DNA of 64,000 bases from IMG/VR virus record IMGVR_UViG_3300042549_004104, positions 199,353-263,352 of that record. One strand, given 5' to 3'. The stretch comes from a virus. Its lineage: Duplodnaviria; Heunggongvirae; Uroviricota; Caudoviricetes. Position 1 is the stretch's first letter, and every line of letters begins with the position of its first letter. This document shows, piece by piece, positions 1 through 9,361 of this stretch. Both the position numbers and the translations under genes were made by a program. The notes beneath the pieces are model-generated. The model was not told where the DNA came from. It searched no databases and was given only the letters and a program-made list of their open reading frames with translations.

Positions 1-14
1 AAAGGAATAATATC

Positions 15-368
15 ATGGCATTTACAACACGTACTCACGGTGACTTTCAACCAGTAATGAACTATGACGCAGCCGGCTATACAGTTGGCGCAGTTAACGC
101 AGTTACATCAGCAGCTCCAGTTCAACCACAAGGTCCAAAGTTAGACTTCTTCACAATCGCTTTAGCTAACGTAGCTACAAACGGTACAGTATTGTTAAAT
201 TGTGTTAACACAATTCAACAATTGGCTACTATTTATATCTATGAAGTAACTGATACATCTACAGACACAATCGCAGTTGCAGTCTACCCAACAGGCGCAT
301 GGACAACAGGTACATTAGATACAGCTACTGGCGGTACAACTACAGCTGGCGCAACTTTCACTAGCTAA
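15..368 (+). CDS. Hypothetical virion structural protein (Thr/Ala/Gly-rich)
   Basis: 117 aa ORF with SD AAGGA upstream and a terminator downstream; composition typical of small virion proteins. Confidence 0.55.
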   Translation: MAFTTRTHGDFQPVMNYDAAGYTVGAVNAVTSAAPVQPQGPKLDFFTIALANVATNGTVLLNCVNTIQQLATIYIYEVTDTSTDTIAVAVYPTGAWTTGTLDTATGGTTTAGATFTS

Positions 369-389
369 TTCAAACTTAGTTTGATAAAG

Positions 390-415
390 AGCCCAAGAAT
401 TTCTTGGGCTTTTTT
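390..415 (+). terminator. Rho-independent terminator
   Basis: AGCCCAAG-aattt-CTTGGGCT stem followed by a T run, just after the stop at 368. Confidence 0.8.
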
Positions 416-420
416 ACCTC

Positions 421-428
421 TATAAATA
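421..428 (+). promoter_or_regulatory. T4-type late promoter box TATAAATA
   Basis: Exact T4 late consensus between the terminator and ATG 433 (4 nt gap, no SD). Confidence 0.65.
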
Positions 429-432
429 CTAT

Positions 433-894
433 ATGTCATATAGAATTAGATGTTATACCTTGTTTAATATTAAAAATACCGGAGTGACTGGCCGTAGAAT
501 TCCTGATAATTTGTCTGATGATGAAAAATCAAAATACACTAAAGCTAGAAATTGTCAGTTAAATTTTGATACTATTTTACAAGTGATATCAATGAGGGGT
601 CAACCTGAAAATATTTCAGATGTATCTATGGAAACAATTAACTTTACAGAATTTGGAAAGTTTGGATTTTTATATGATACTGACGAAGACCAGCAATGTT
701 ATAACTTTGAATTTACAGTACCTTTTGGTAATGTATTCAATGATGGTGTTGATGAGTTAGGGGCATTATTATCTGATTGTGACGGAGTTCCTGTCATAAA
801 GGTAGACGGAGAATATGATAAATTCCCATCATTTTTAGATATCAGTCCCGAACTAAGAAATGTATTTTTTGAGGTAGTCAATGAACGAGAATAA
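433..894 (+). CDS. Hypothetical phage protein
   Basis: 153 aa ORF; no motif recognised. Confidence 0.75.
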   Translation: MSYRIRCYTLFNIKNTGVTGRRIPDNLSDDEKSKYTKARNCQLNFDTILQVISMRGQPENISDVSMETINFTEFGKFGFLYDTDEDQQCYNFEFTVPFGNVFNDGVDELGALLSDCDGVPVIKVDGEYDKFPSFLDISPELRNVFFEVVNERE

Positions 895-1354
895 AGTATT
901 TGATATTGTTAAGAAAATATTCAGCAAAAATGAAATAAATCATCTTGCTGAAAGTTTAATTATTGAAAATGATGTAGGTTATGAATTATATAACAAATAT
1001 CAAATTACCAAAATTGATGAAAAGTTCTGCGTTCAAAAACATAGCAGTCATTTAAACAAAACCTTCTACAGTCTAAGAAATGCGGTTATTTGGACTACTT
1101 TTGACAAAAGAAACTATCTCACGGACAGTGACATAGTAGCTAGATTAGACACCCAACTTGAGGGTTTGGATACTAATATTCAAATTTACAAAAATTTATG
1201 TGATAAAAGCAAGAACTATGAAGCAAAAATCGTTTATTTTACTAAATTAAGTGAGAATAGGCTCAAAAGAAAATATGTGATGGAAAAGATAGACACTTAT
1301 AGCCAACAAGTCAAAATTTGGCAAAATAAGATGTTTAATGAAGCCATAAAATAA
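881..1354 (+). CDS. Hypothetical phage protein
   Basis: 157 aa ORF overlapping the previous gene, SD-like GAGGT. Confidence 0.75.
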   Translation: MNENKVFDIVKKIFSKNEINHLAESLIIENDVGYELYNKYQITKIDEKFCVQKHSSHLNKTFYSLRNAVIWTTFDKRNYLTDSDIVARLDTQLEGLDTNIQIYKNLCDKSKNYEAKIVYFTKLSENRLKRKYVMEKIDTYSQQVKIWQNKMFNEAIK

Positions 1355-1398
1355 TTTATAAAGTGATAAATATATTATCAGTACTCTAGGAATATACT

Positions 1399-2130
1399 AT
1401 GAAACTAACAGAATTTAACTTAAAACCAATTACAGTTGCTAAAAAAGCACTCAAGGAACACTTCAATACTGAATTGAGACTTGACAAATTTAGCCTGTAT
1501 GAAACAGAACGTATGATGCGTAAGGTCAATGGCCTTATGAATGAAATGCGCCAAAAGAACAGTGCCCAGAGCACTGAAAAGAATCCAGCATACTTAAAAC
1601 TAGTATTCATGGAACAAGCATTAAATCATCACTATGGTGAACTTAAGGCTCTTCCACTATACAATACACGTATTGTTTTAGAGAACGAAGAAGTTGAAAA
1701 GTCACAAGTTATTTTGGCTGCACAAGAAATGGTTGACTCTATTCAGAAAATGGTTGAACAAGTTTCTGACATGTTAGTTAAAGAACTACCAGCAGTTGTT
1801 GACGGTGTTAATAGTGAAGTTGGTACAAATGAAGGCCAACAGTTTGAACAACAAACTACAGAAGCATTGACAAGTCTACAAGCCGCATTGACACAAGCTA
1901 AAGGTACATTGAACGGCGCCCTAGGATCTATTACAGGTCAAGGTGGTGATATGTCTATGCCAGGTTCTGATATGGGAATGGACATGGGAATGGGTGATGA
2001 AGATGGCATGGGTGCAGGCGAAGACATGGCTGACTTGGGCGGTGAAGAACCCGACGATGAACTATCAGACCTTCCAACTGAACCAGATGAAGAAGAAGCA
2101 GTAGCTGGCGTAGGTCGCCCGACTCGTTAA
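1399..2130 (+). CDS. Acidic coiled-coil protein, possible prohead core/scaffold component
   Basis: ATAAATA at 1366-1372 plus SD AGGAA; N-terminus MKLTEF; helical middle; D/E/G/M-rich tail. Confidence 0.45.
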   Translation: MKLTEFNLKPITVAKKALKEHFNTELRLDKFSLYETERMMRKVNGLMNEMRQKNSAQSTEKNPAYLKLVFMEQALNHHYGELKALPLYNTRIVLENEEVEKSQVILAAQEMVDSIQKMVEQVSDMLVKELPAVVDGVNSEVGTNEGQQFEQQTTEALTSLQAALTQAKGTLNGALGSITGQGGDMSMPGSDMGMDMGMGDEDGMGAGEDMADLGGEEPDDELSDLPTEPDEEEAVAGVGRPTR

Positions 2131-2131
2131 A

Positions 2132-2461
2132 ATGAGACTGTACGAATTTGTTGAAGATGATCCACTACGTGTTAAGTTGCAGGCTGTTGCCAACCAACTT
2201 AAAGACAGAGTAGTGGATTCAGGTAATACAATAAGTACAGACGAATTATTGAATTATTTCAAAGATAATGAGATAGGCATTGACAAAGCAGATTTATTTG
2301 ATATTGTCAAAAAAGAACCTTTAGTAAACATCATTCATAATGTAAATAAAGATGAAGTTATATTCAAGGGTCAAGAAGGTACAGAACAATTAGGCAAGCC
2401 TCCAAAGCCAAGCGATAACAAAAAAACTCTCTCTACAATGGCTAAACGAGCGATGAGTTAA
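2132..2461 (+). CDS. Hypothetical protein with capsid-targeting-like N-terminus (MRLYEFVED)
   Basis: 109 aa ORF coupled to the previous gene. Confidence 0.6.
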   Translation: MRLYEFVEDDPLRVKLQAVANQLKDRVVDSGNTISTDELLNYFKDNEIGIDKADLFDIVKKEPLVNIIHNVNKDEVIFKGQEGTEQLGKPPKPSDNKKTLSTMAKRAMS

Positions 2462-2470
2462 CCAAAACTA

Positions 2471-2499
2471 TTGTACTACAGAGAAATTTGTAGTACAAT
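2471..2499 (+). promoter_or_regulatory. Sigma70-like promoter embedded in an inverted repeat
   Basis: TTGTAC-17 bp-TACAAT; ATTGTACTACA (2470-2480) and TGTAGTACAAT (2489-2499) are perfect inverted repeats. Confidence 0.55.
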
Positions 2500-2505
2500 T
2501 GCCAT

Positions 2506-3192
2506 ATGTACACTCCCGATAAATTTAAATACGAACCTATCAAACGTATTGACACACCAGAAGGACGCAGATATGCAACACCCGATGGTAACAAACTTCC
2601 CTCAGTCACTACAATATTAGATGCTACTAAATCAGAAGAATCTAAACAAGCATTACAAAACTGGCGTAAACGAGTAGGTGCAGTTCAAGCACAAGCAATC
2701 ACTACAGAAGCCGCAGGACGTGGCACACGTATGCACAAGTGGCTTGAAGATTATGTTAAAACAGGTACTATAGGAACACCCGGATCTAATCCCTACAGTA
2801 TTCAAAGCCATCTGATGGCTACAAGCATCATTACTCAAGGTTTAGTGAAGTGTAATGAATACTGGGGTACAGAAGTTCCTTTATATTTCCCCGCAGTTTA
2901 TGCTGGTACTACTGACTTGTGCGGAGTACATGATGGAAGTGAAGCTATCATGGATCATAAGCAATCTAATAAGTTGAAAAAACGTGAGTGGATTGATGAT
3001 TACTTTGTTCAGTTAGCCGCATACGCTACTGCACATAATGAAAAGCATGGCACAAAGATACGTAAGGGTGTTATTTTTATGTGTACCGCAGACAATATAT
3101 ACCAGGAATTCATCATTGAGGGTAATGAATTTGACAGTTGGCAAGACAAATGGTATCAAAGACTAGAACAATACTATAGTCGGTTCGTTTAA
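2506..3192 (+). CDS. PD-(D/E)XK exonuclease (Cas4/RecB-like phage exonuclease)
   Basis: LPSVTTIL, RGTRMH, YAGTTD, IMDHKQS and QLAAYA motifs. Confidence 0.85.
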   Translation: MYTPDKFKYEPIKRIDTPEGRRYATPDGNKLPSVTTILDATKSEESKQALQNWRKRVGAVQAQAITTEAAGRGTRMHKWLEDYVKTGTIGTPGSNPYSIQSHLMATSIITQGLVKCNEYWGTEVPLYFPAVYAGTTDLCGVHDGSEAIMDHKQSNKLKKREWIDDYFVQLAAYATAHNEKHGTKIRKGVIFMCTADNIYQEFIIEGNEFDSWQDKWYQRLEQYYSRFV

Positions 3193-3229
3193 TTGTTGAT
3201 AAATAATATAATCAAATAAAGATTATATT

Positions 3230-4258
3230 ATGGCTATTGTACAAATATCAAAAATCATTCATAGAACGGGCGCAAATATTGATTTGCCTCAATTAGATAT
3301 TGGGGAAATAGGTTTTGCTACTGACGAACAACGTGTATACATAGGCAATGATCCTGCAATTGTTCCACCTCTAGGATCTACTACTCAAACAGAAATTCTC
3401 ACAGCTAGTTCTACCCTTGATTTTTCTAGAATTCAAGGATCTCAAAATGCTAGTGCAAATTTTTCAACATTAGAAAACGGACAATTGATAGGTGTTAATG
3501 TAGCGGCTAATATTGCTACGATTGTTAATGTCGGCGGTACAGCAGGTGGAGAAATTAATTTAGGTGCTGTAGGTAATGTTAAACTCAACGGCGGAACTAA
3601 TGGATATTTCCTTCAAACTGACGGCGCTGGTAATCTAGCATGGACTAGTTCTGTAGGTAATGTAACGATTCCGGGTACACCTGGTGGTTCAAGCACTCAA
3701 CTGCAATTTAACAATGCAGGTAACTTTGCCGGTGACAGTCGTTTAACATTTAATGTTGCAACAGGTATTATGACCATGGCCGGTAACTTGAATGCTACCG
3801 GTAATATCAATGCATCAAATATATATGGTCCTATACAAGGTGTCATCGGTGCAACAACACCTAACTTAGCAACATTCACCAGCGTAACAGTTAACAATAA
3901 TTTAATTGCTACTGGTAACGTGACTGCCGATATTGTAATATCAACAAACAATAATGCCGGTGAAAACTTTAAAGTTGGTGATGACATTTGGATTGGTGAT
4001 ATCAATCTTTCTGACACAATGCAACTTAAAGGTGTAGCAGATTCAGCAAATGCATATATTGTATTTGGTGATAGTGATACTAACGCATTAGGTCGTAGTG
4101 GGACAGGCCCATTAACATATGATGGTGACTTTGAAGCATCAGGTAATGTAACTGCAAACAATATAGTATTAAGCACATGGTCTATGTTTGCAAACGTTGA
4201 TGGATTGTATGCTACTGATGGTAGTAATACGTACTCCATCAATATGACCCAACTCTGA
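3230..4258 (+). CDS. Tail/baseplate fibre-like protein with Mtd-N-like N-terminus
   Basis: LPQLDIGEIGFATDEQRVYIG N-terminal motif; G/N/T-rich beta repeats; ATAAATA at 3199-3205. Confidence 0.6.
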   Translation: MAIVQISKIIHRTGANIDLPQLDIGEIGFATDEQRVYIGNDPAIVPPLGSTTQTEILTASSTLDFSRIQGSQNASANFSTLENGQLIGVNVAANIATIVNVGGTAGGEINLGAVGNVKLNGGTNGYFLQTDGAGNLAWTSSVGNVTIPGTPGGSSTQLQFNNAGNFAGDSRLTFNVATGIMTMAGNLNATGNINASNIYGPIQGVIGATTPNLATFTSVTVNNNLIATGNVTADIVISTNNNAGENFKVGDDIWIGDINLSDTMQLKGVADSANAYIVFGDSDTNALGRSGTGPLTYDGDFEASGNVTANNIVLSTWSMFANVDGLYATDGSNTYSINMTQL

Positions 4259-4290
4259 TAAATATATAGTACATTCTTAATTCTGAGAAT

Positions 4291-4354
4291 TTATGCGGTC
4301 CCCACCGCGTAGTGGCTAGAACCCACACACATATAAGGAGAAAACAAATGGGAC
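4291..4354 (+). promoter_or_regulatory. Structured 5' leader (two hairpins, possible pseudoknot onto the start codon)
   Basis: TTATGCGG/CCGCGTAG stem 4291-4312; GTGG/CCAC 4312-4326; GTCCC 4298-4302 complementary to GGGAC 4350-4354. Confidence 0.45.
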
Positions 4355-5487
4355 GTCCTCTAAAAATAATGAAAAACAATTCTGCTGCCAGTCCATCTGG
4401 ATTAGTAGATTCTGGTTATCCAAATGATGGAACAACAGACAATGGATTTGATGAAAATAATCCAGGTGTAGTCGGTGGTAATATTCCTGATTTTGATGAA
4501 AGTTTTGTAATTGATGCTGATGTTTGTATTGAACAAGCACAATATGGTACAATTTATAGTACTGCTGGTATTACTGTAGTTTGGGGTGCTGGTGATGCAG
4601 ACTTTACAAATACGTTAGGTTCAAATGCTATAATTTATGCAGCCGGCTTAGATGATGCTATTGGTGTTGTTGATACAGTCAATACACCGGTGACAGTTAC
4701 TATTGATGCAGCAACCGCTGGTACTACTGATGCTTTCACAACTAAAGGTGCAGTAGCCGCTACAGAATTAGTTACTGATGGTCCAGTTGTATTATCTGCT
4801 AACTATGCAGGTTTAACTGGTGGTGTAGTTTACTATGTAAAAACAGTTGTTAATAGTACAAGTTTCACAGTTAGTGCTACACCAGGTGGTGCAAAACTTG
4901 ACTTGACCGTTGAAACAAATGATATCACAGCATCACAAGGTCAAACAGTTACACTAGATGCAGTTGCAACTGCGACTGTTTCTAATAGTGCATGGACAAG
5001 TGCTAAACCTGACAATGGTTATATTATTCGTCAAAAAGGCAAGAGAAAATTCTTAGTAGCACGTGATTATAATGTTCAAGATGAATTTATTGCTCAAGGT
5101 GGCGCATACATGATTACTGCTGTTAGTGATACAGATTGGCAAGCACTTGGTGCAGGTCCTGATGCTACTAATGGTAAAATTTTTACTGCTTCAACAAGTA
5201 TTCCGTCATTAACTACCGGCGGTAGTGCATATGCATTGGGTGTTTGTACATTAGTTAACAAAAACCAGGCATCATTGTTAAGAAACGAAATGAGCATCAA
5301 TTTGAACAAAGCAAGTGGTGCAGATGTTAAGGCATCGTCTATTACTGACCACTTTGTAGTTGACTTCACAGACAACGGTACAGACGAAAATGCAGGTACT
5401 AAGTATATTGCAACATTTGAGGGTGACAGTGATACACCTGATCCAGCAACAGGTCTTATATCTGTTGCAGTTGAAAACTATTGCTAA
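4348..5487 (+). CDS. Virion structural protein (MGRPLK... family), beta-rich
   Basis: Start moved to ATG 4348 after SD AAGGAGA; late box ATAAATA 4258-4264; T/A/G/V-rich. Confidence 0.6.
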   Translation: MGRPLKIMKNNSAASPSGLVDSGYPNDGTTDNGFDENNPGVVGGNIPDFDESFVIDADVCIEQAQYGTIYSTAGITVVWGAGDADFTNTLGSNAIIYAAGLDDAIGVVDTVNTPVTVTIDAATAGTTDAFTTKGAVAATELVTDGPVVLSANYAGLTGGVVYYVKTVVNSTSFTVSATPGGAKLDLTVETNDITASQGQTVTLDAVATATVSNSAWTSAKPDNGYIIRQKGKRKFLVARDYNVQDEFIAQGGAYMITAVSDTDWQALGAGPDATNGKIFTASTSIPSLTTGGSAYALGVCTLVNKNQASLLRNEMSINLNKASGADVKASSITDHFVVDFTDNGTDENAGTKYIATFEGDSDTPDPATGLISVAVENYC

Positions 5488-5504
5488 TCAGTTTTTACTG
5501 AAAC

Positions 5505-5531
5505 AAAAAAGCCGCATTATGCGGCTTTTTT
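5505..5531. terminator. Bidirectional intrinsic terminator
   Basis: AAAAAAGCCGCA-tta-TGCGGCTTTTTT between convergent genes. Confidence 0.85.
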
Positions 5532-5939
5532 TATTAGCTTTTTCATTTTATCTTGTACAACATCAAAGTTAACAGTATTAAACAATCCGGGATGCAATGG
5601 TTTGGGATATTGTTCATAGTCTATCCAAGCATAGCCAACATGTTCTTCATTTAATACTGGTATAAATTCATCATCTATTTTACAAAAGAATGTATGATAT
5701 GTGAATGTGTTATTAACAAATTTTTGAATAGGTATTAATTTAGCATCATTCGGAAAATATTGTATTTCTTCCATACATTCACGTACCAGCCCCTCAAGCA
5801 ATGTTTCACCCTCATCTACTTTACCACCGGGGATTCCCCATGTGCTGGGCATTTTATTATCGTTGCGTAGTAAGAATAAAAATCTTTTGGTCTTTTCTGC
5901 ATAAAAAAATAGTCCAGCAGAAATGTTTTTAGTACTCAT
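5517..5939 (-). CDS. Nudix hydrolase
   Basis: Nudix box GGKVDEGETLLEGLVRECMEEI; likely start MSTKN at 5939. Confidence 0.9.
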   Translation of the reverse strand: MSTKNISAGLFFYAEKTKRFLFLLRNDNKMPSTWGIPGGKVDEGETLLEGLVRECMEEIQYFPNDAKLIPIQKFVNNTFTYHTFFCKIDDEFIPVLNEEHVGYAWIDYEQYPKPLHPGLFNTVNFDVVQDKMKKLIKKAA

Positions 5940-5971
5940 GTTATGATTTATCATAACATGACTTGTCCATA

Positions 5972-7342
5972 TTAAATTACAATAGAGTAATCACCTTGGT
6001 CATACCATCCTTCATATGATTTCATCCACATACCTTCAGCATACCTATATTGGATGCTAGTAGTTAGATTAGTTACATATTGTACATCAGTTAATTGAGT
6101 ACTGTCAAAACTAACTAACCAATCAACACCATCAAATTCAATAATATCATTAGCATGTGCTACTACGTTGCCCCAAGAAATTGAAGGGTTAGAATTGAAT
6201 TCATTACCTATACTTTCTACAATAAGATAGCGTTGCCCTAATTCTGCAACCGGCAATCCATGATCGGGACCTTTTGTTTGTGGATTGATAATACTGTCTA
6301 CAGGATCTAATGTATTTTCAGGTAGTGTATCTGGGTCAACTGTAAATATTAAAAGTCGGTCATCATTCGGATTAAACGCTATACTACCCACAATTTCAGT
6401 ATCCATATATGGATTATCTAACCATATTTGACTAATACCAGGTTTAACAGTACCGTATACATTCAGTACACTTTGCCAATATATTGATGTGTCTGGATTA
6501 GCCGGAAGATCAAGTGCTTCATTTCTAGGATAAAAATCTTGATTAGCTGGTAATATTTGTAAACTGTTACCAATTAAAAGTAATTTGTACCCATATGGTG
6601 TGATTTTTTGTCTTGTTCCTAATAACAAGTCATCGTCTTGCATATCTGTTAATGCATTACCTTTAAAAATACTAGCAATAATCTTATGTATAACACCCAT
6701 TTTTCTAATTTTAGCACTAGAACTAATCCATATTGGCATATAGAATTTCCAACTCAGAACATCAATAGGATTTCCTGTTCCTTGTGGTATAGTACGACTA
6801 CTAAAAGTTAAACCGTCTTGATATACAACTGACAATGATGTCCAATCAATAAAGTTATCAGTACTTTGTAACTCCATACTTGGATTAAACAATACACCTA
6901 ACTGTTCAATCAATTCTAGTTTTTGATTATAATTTGTAGTCCAAAAATCTACAGTAATTCTTAATGTATATGGAACTGGCATCACACGTTCAACTGTAAA
7001 TGCTTGTCCTTGTGTTGTTGTATAAGTTTGTGTTTCAGGGTTATAGGTACGTTGTCTCACACTTGTTTTGTCAATGAAATATGGATCCTGTGTGCGTTTT
7101 TGATCGTACTCTAGTCCAGTAATATAATATGTTATCAACGGTGCACTTGGTAAACTGCTTGCACTGTTGTTTGCTTGTACGGCTGCAGCCATTCTACTTG
7201 CATCACCATATTGTATCGGTACACGTATTAGAATATCATTTCCTGCAGGATCTTTGCCTTTAGTTACTTGCCAGTTAGAAAATACTCTAGCGAACTGTAT
7301 TAAAAATCTACGAATTTGATTGTCATAAAAAAACTTTGCCAT
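5972..7342 (-). CDS. gp15: Tail terminator/sheath stabiliser, T4 gp15-like, with C-terminal extension
   Basis: RVPIQYG, ITGLEYDQKR, PVPYTL and LELIEQLGVLFNP match the gp15 pattern; adjacent to a gp14-like gene. Confidence 0.75.
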   Translation of the reverse strand: MAKFFYDNQIRRFLIQFARVFSNWQVTKGKDPAGNDILIRVPIQYGDASRMAAAVQANNSASSLPSAPLITYYITGLEYDQKRTQDPYFIDKTSVRQRTYNPETQTYTTTQGQAFTVERVMPVPYTLRITVDFWTTNYNQKLELIEQLGVLFNPSMELQSTDNFIDWTSLSVVYQDGLTFSSRTIPQGTGNPIDVLSWKFYMPIWISSSAKIRKMGVIHKIIASIFKGNALTDMQDDDLLLGTRQKITPYGYKLLLIGNSLQILPANQDFYPRNEALDLPANPDTSIYWQSVLNVYGTVKPGISQIWLDNPYMDTEIVGSIAFNPNDDRLLIFTVDPDTLPENTLDPVDSIINPQTKGPDHGLPVAELGQRYLIVESIGNEFNSNPSISWGNVVAHANDIIEFDGVDWLVSFDSTQLTDVQYVTNLTTSIQYRYAEGMWMKSYEGWYDQGDYSIVI

Positions 7343-7350
7343 TGTTTACC

Positions 7351-9258
7351 TTAATCGGGTTGTATTGATAATAATGTTGACAATGGTTGTTGTTGTGGAA
7401 CCACTGTACCATCTGTTAATGTTAGTGTTTGGTCGTTATTAATAAACGATGCCATTTGACTTTGTTCACTAGGAACTGTACTATCAAATCCAACACCACC
7501 GCGTGAATTTTGAGCTATCCGTACCCATAAACTTCCGTCATAGCGATATAATAAGTTTGGAAGATAATCTGTACGTAGGAAATAATCTCCTACAGTAGGA
7601 TTAGCTGGGAATGTTATTCCTGATCCAGTAGGAAGACCATTAGGAGCCGAACCATCACCAATCATGTAGCCATTTGTGTATCCAAAACCTGCAGGACTTG
7701 TACGTGCAATATATACAAATCTAGGATCACAGTCAGCACGATAATCCATTCTACTATCTATTGGATTTAACAATGTATCAAAAAACGGTTCTACTACAAT
7801 TGCTGTGCCTGCAGGCATATAATTTATAGTAGGGTAATTGACTGTAAATGTATTATTTGTTAAATCTATTGAAACAATTCTAGTGTCACCGGTGAATATA
7901 TTAATAATAATTCCATTATCCGTAGTTACACTAGCAGAAACTTCATTCTCTATAGCGATATCTTGTTTATCGTTTAGTGGTTGTACACTTATTACCGTAC
8001 TACCTATAGGTACTTCAAGCGAAGTTAAGGTGAATGTCGGGAATTGATCGGCGGTAGAATATGTATTATCAGCGGTACCGTATGGCCCGGTAATTGGACC
8101 TACAGCCTTGGCTGTTAACACTAACGTACCATCAACTTGTCCTGATCCTGTATCTAAACGTTCAGGTGCTAATTTTGCAGTTTTAAGATTTAATGCAATG
8201 TACGCTTTTAAATTGTCAGCATCATCATTAGTTAATGTGAGTAATTTTTTACGTGCTGCCGCACCAATACGAATAATTGGACTTGGATTTTTATATAATG
8301 GATTGGCAAATATTTGCACAGACCCTACAGCCGGATCAGGTGGACCATTGTTAATTACTAAATTAACAGGGGGTGCGGGCTCACCATCAAATGTAGGAAC
8401 AACATAGAGTTGACTACGGTCATAACCAGTCTTAGGTAATAATCTTGCGGCTTCTGCTATAGCGGCATCATTTACTGCTATGTTTTGATTATATCTTCCG
8501 ATAATATCTTTTAAACTTTGAGCAGTGTCAAGTTCCCAATAAGCAGGGTCAGTAGGAGCTATACCAGCTGGTACATTCTGAATGGGTGTATATGTTTTAT
8601 CACCATATGTAACTGTGTATCCAGGTACATAAGTTTTTGTACTATCCCAATCACCTAAATAATTATCTTTTTCTATAGGAGTATCAAGAATATTTGCAAA
8701 CTCTTGGCTGTCAACTAGTGGCTCACATTTGATACGCCACAAGTGAGGATACCATGTGTTACTAAATCCTTCACTTGCAAAATTTGCATCAGTGATTTGA
8801 TAATATCTACGCAATCCTATAGGAATACTTTCGTTCAGTGGATGATAGTCTGTTAAATGAGGTAACTCAAAAACATCACCAACCATGAGTTTTCTACCAA
8901 TCAGTTCAATCATATCATTGTAATGTACTGTGATAAAAATAATATCATTATTTAAAAATAAACCAAATTGACTTAGGTCAAAGTCTAAATTTTGAACATT
9001 ATAGTGACCGCGAATTCTATAAATGGTAGTATCGTATTTTCTATCTCTGTTTTCTAAAAACAACAAATCCTGTATGTTGGTTGGATTTGTACTGTCGTAC
9101 ACAGGTTGAGTTAGGTCACTGCTAGCGACATTGTTTGAACCTATATATTTGTGAATATATAAATCAGTGCCGCCCACGACAAACAGTTCCTTGATATTCC
9201 GATCAATGAACTTGAAATCATTAGCTTTTTGGGGCCTATATAATGAGAGTCTTGGCAT
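7351..9258 (-). CDS. gp14: Neck/head-closure protein, T4 gp14-like, extended
   Basis: DLLFLENRDRKYD, LSQFGLFL and GDVFELP motifs; late box CTAAATA on the minus strand at 9279-9285. Confidence 0.7.
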   Translation of the reverse strand: MPRLSLYRPQKANDFKFIDRNIKELFVVGGTDLYIHKYIGSNNVASSDLTQPVYDSTNPTNIQDLLFLENRDRKYDTTIYRIRGHYNVQNLDFDLSQFGLFLNNDIIFITVHYNDMIELIGRKLMVGDVFELPHLTDYHPLNESIPIGLRRYYQITDANFASEGFSNTWYPHLWRIKCEPLVDSQEFANILDTPIEKDNYLGDWDSTKTYVPGYTVTYGDKTYTPIQNVPAGIAPTDPAYWELDTAQSLKDIIGRYNQNIAVNDAAIAEAARLLPKTGYDRSQLYVVPTFDGEPAPPVNLVINNGPPDPAVGSVQIFANPLYKNPSPIIRIGAAARKKLLTLTNDDADNLKAYIALNLKTAKLAPERLDTGSGQVDGTLVLTAKAVGPITGPYGTADNTYSTADQFPTFTLTSLEVPIGSTVISVQPLNDKQDIAIENEVSASVTTDNGIIINIFTGDTRIVSIDLTNNTFTVNYPTINYMPAGTAIVVEPFFDTLLNPIDSRMDYRADCDPRFVYIARTSPAGFGYTNGYMIGDGSAPNGLPTGSGITFPANPTVGDYFLRTDYLPNLLYRYDGSLWVRIAQNSRGGVGFDSTVPSEQSQMASFINNDQTLTLTDGTVVPQQQPLSTLLSIQPD

Positions 9259-9308
9259 TTTGTTATCCGTTTACTTAGTATTTAGTATAAAAGTATCACC
9301 TTTAAAAC

Positions 9309-9337
9309 TTGACAATAATTGGACAATCATATATAAT
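9309..9337 (+). promoter_or_regulatory. Consensus sigma70 (early-type) promoter
   Basis: TTGACA (9309-9314), 17 bp spacer, TATAAT (9332-9337). Confidence 0.85.
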
Positions 9338-9361
9338 AATGAAATCGTAACAGGAGTAACT

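Noticed and set aside
2506-3192. Cas4 of a CRISPR system
   Set aside because: Lacks the Fe-S cysteines and any cas context; fits the common T4-like PD-(D/E)XK exonuclease
9167-9361. Longer upstream start for the 9362 gene
   Set aside because: It would overlap the gp14 start on the opposite strand and lie upstream of the promoter; ATG 9362 has a strong SD. Starts at 4312, 11934, 12690, 42900 and 57130 were shortened on similar grounds (SD, coupling or overlap)
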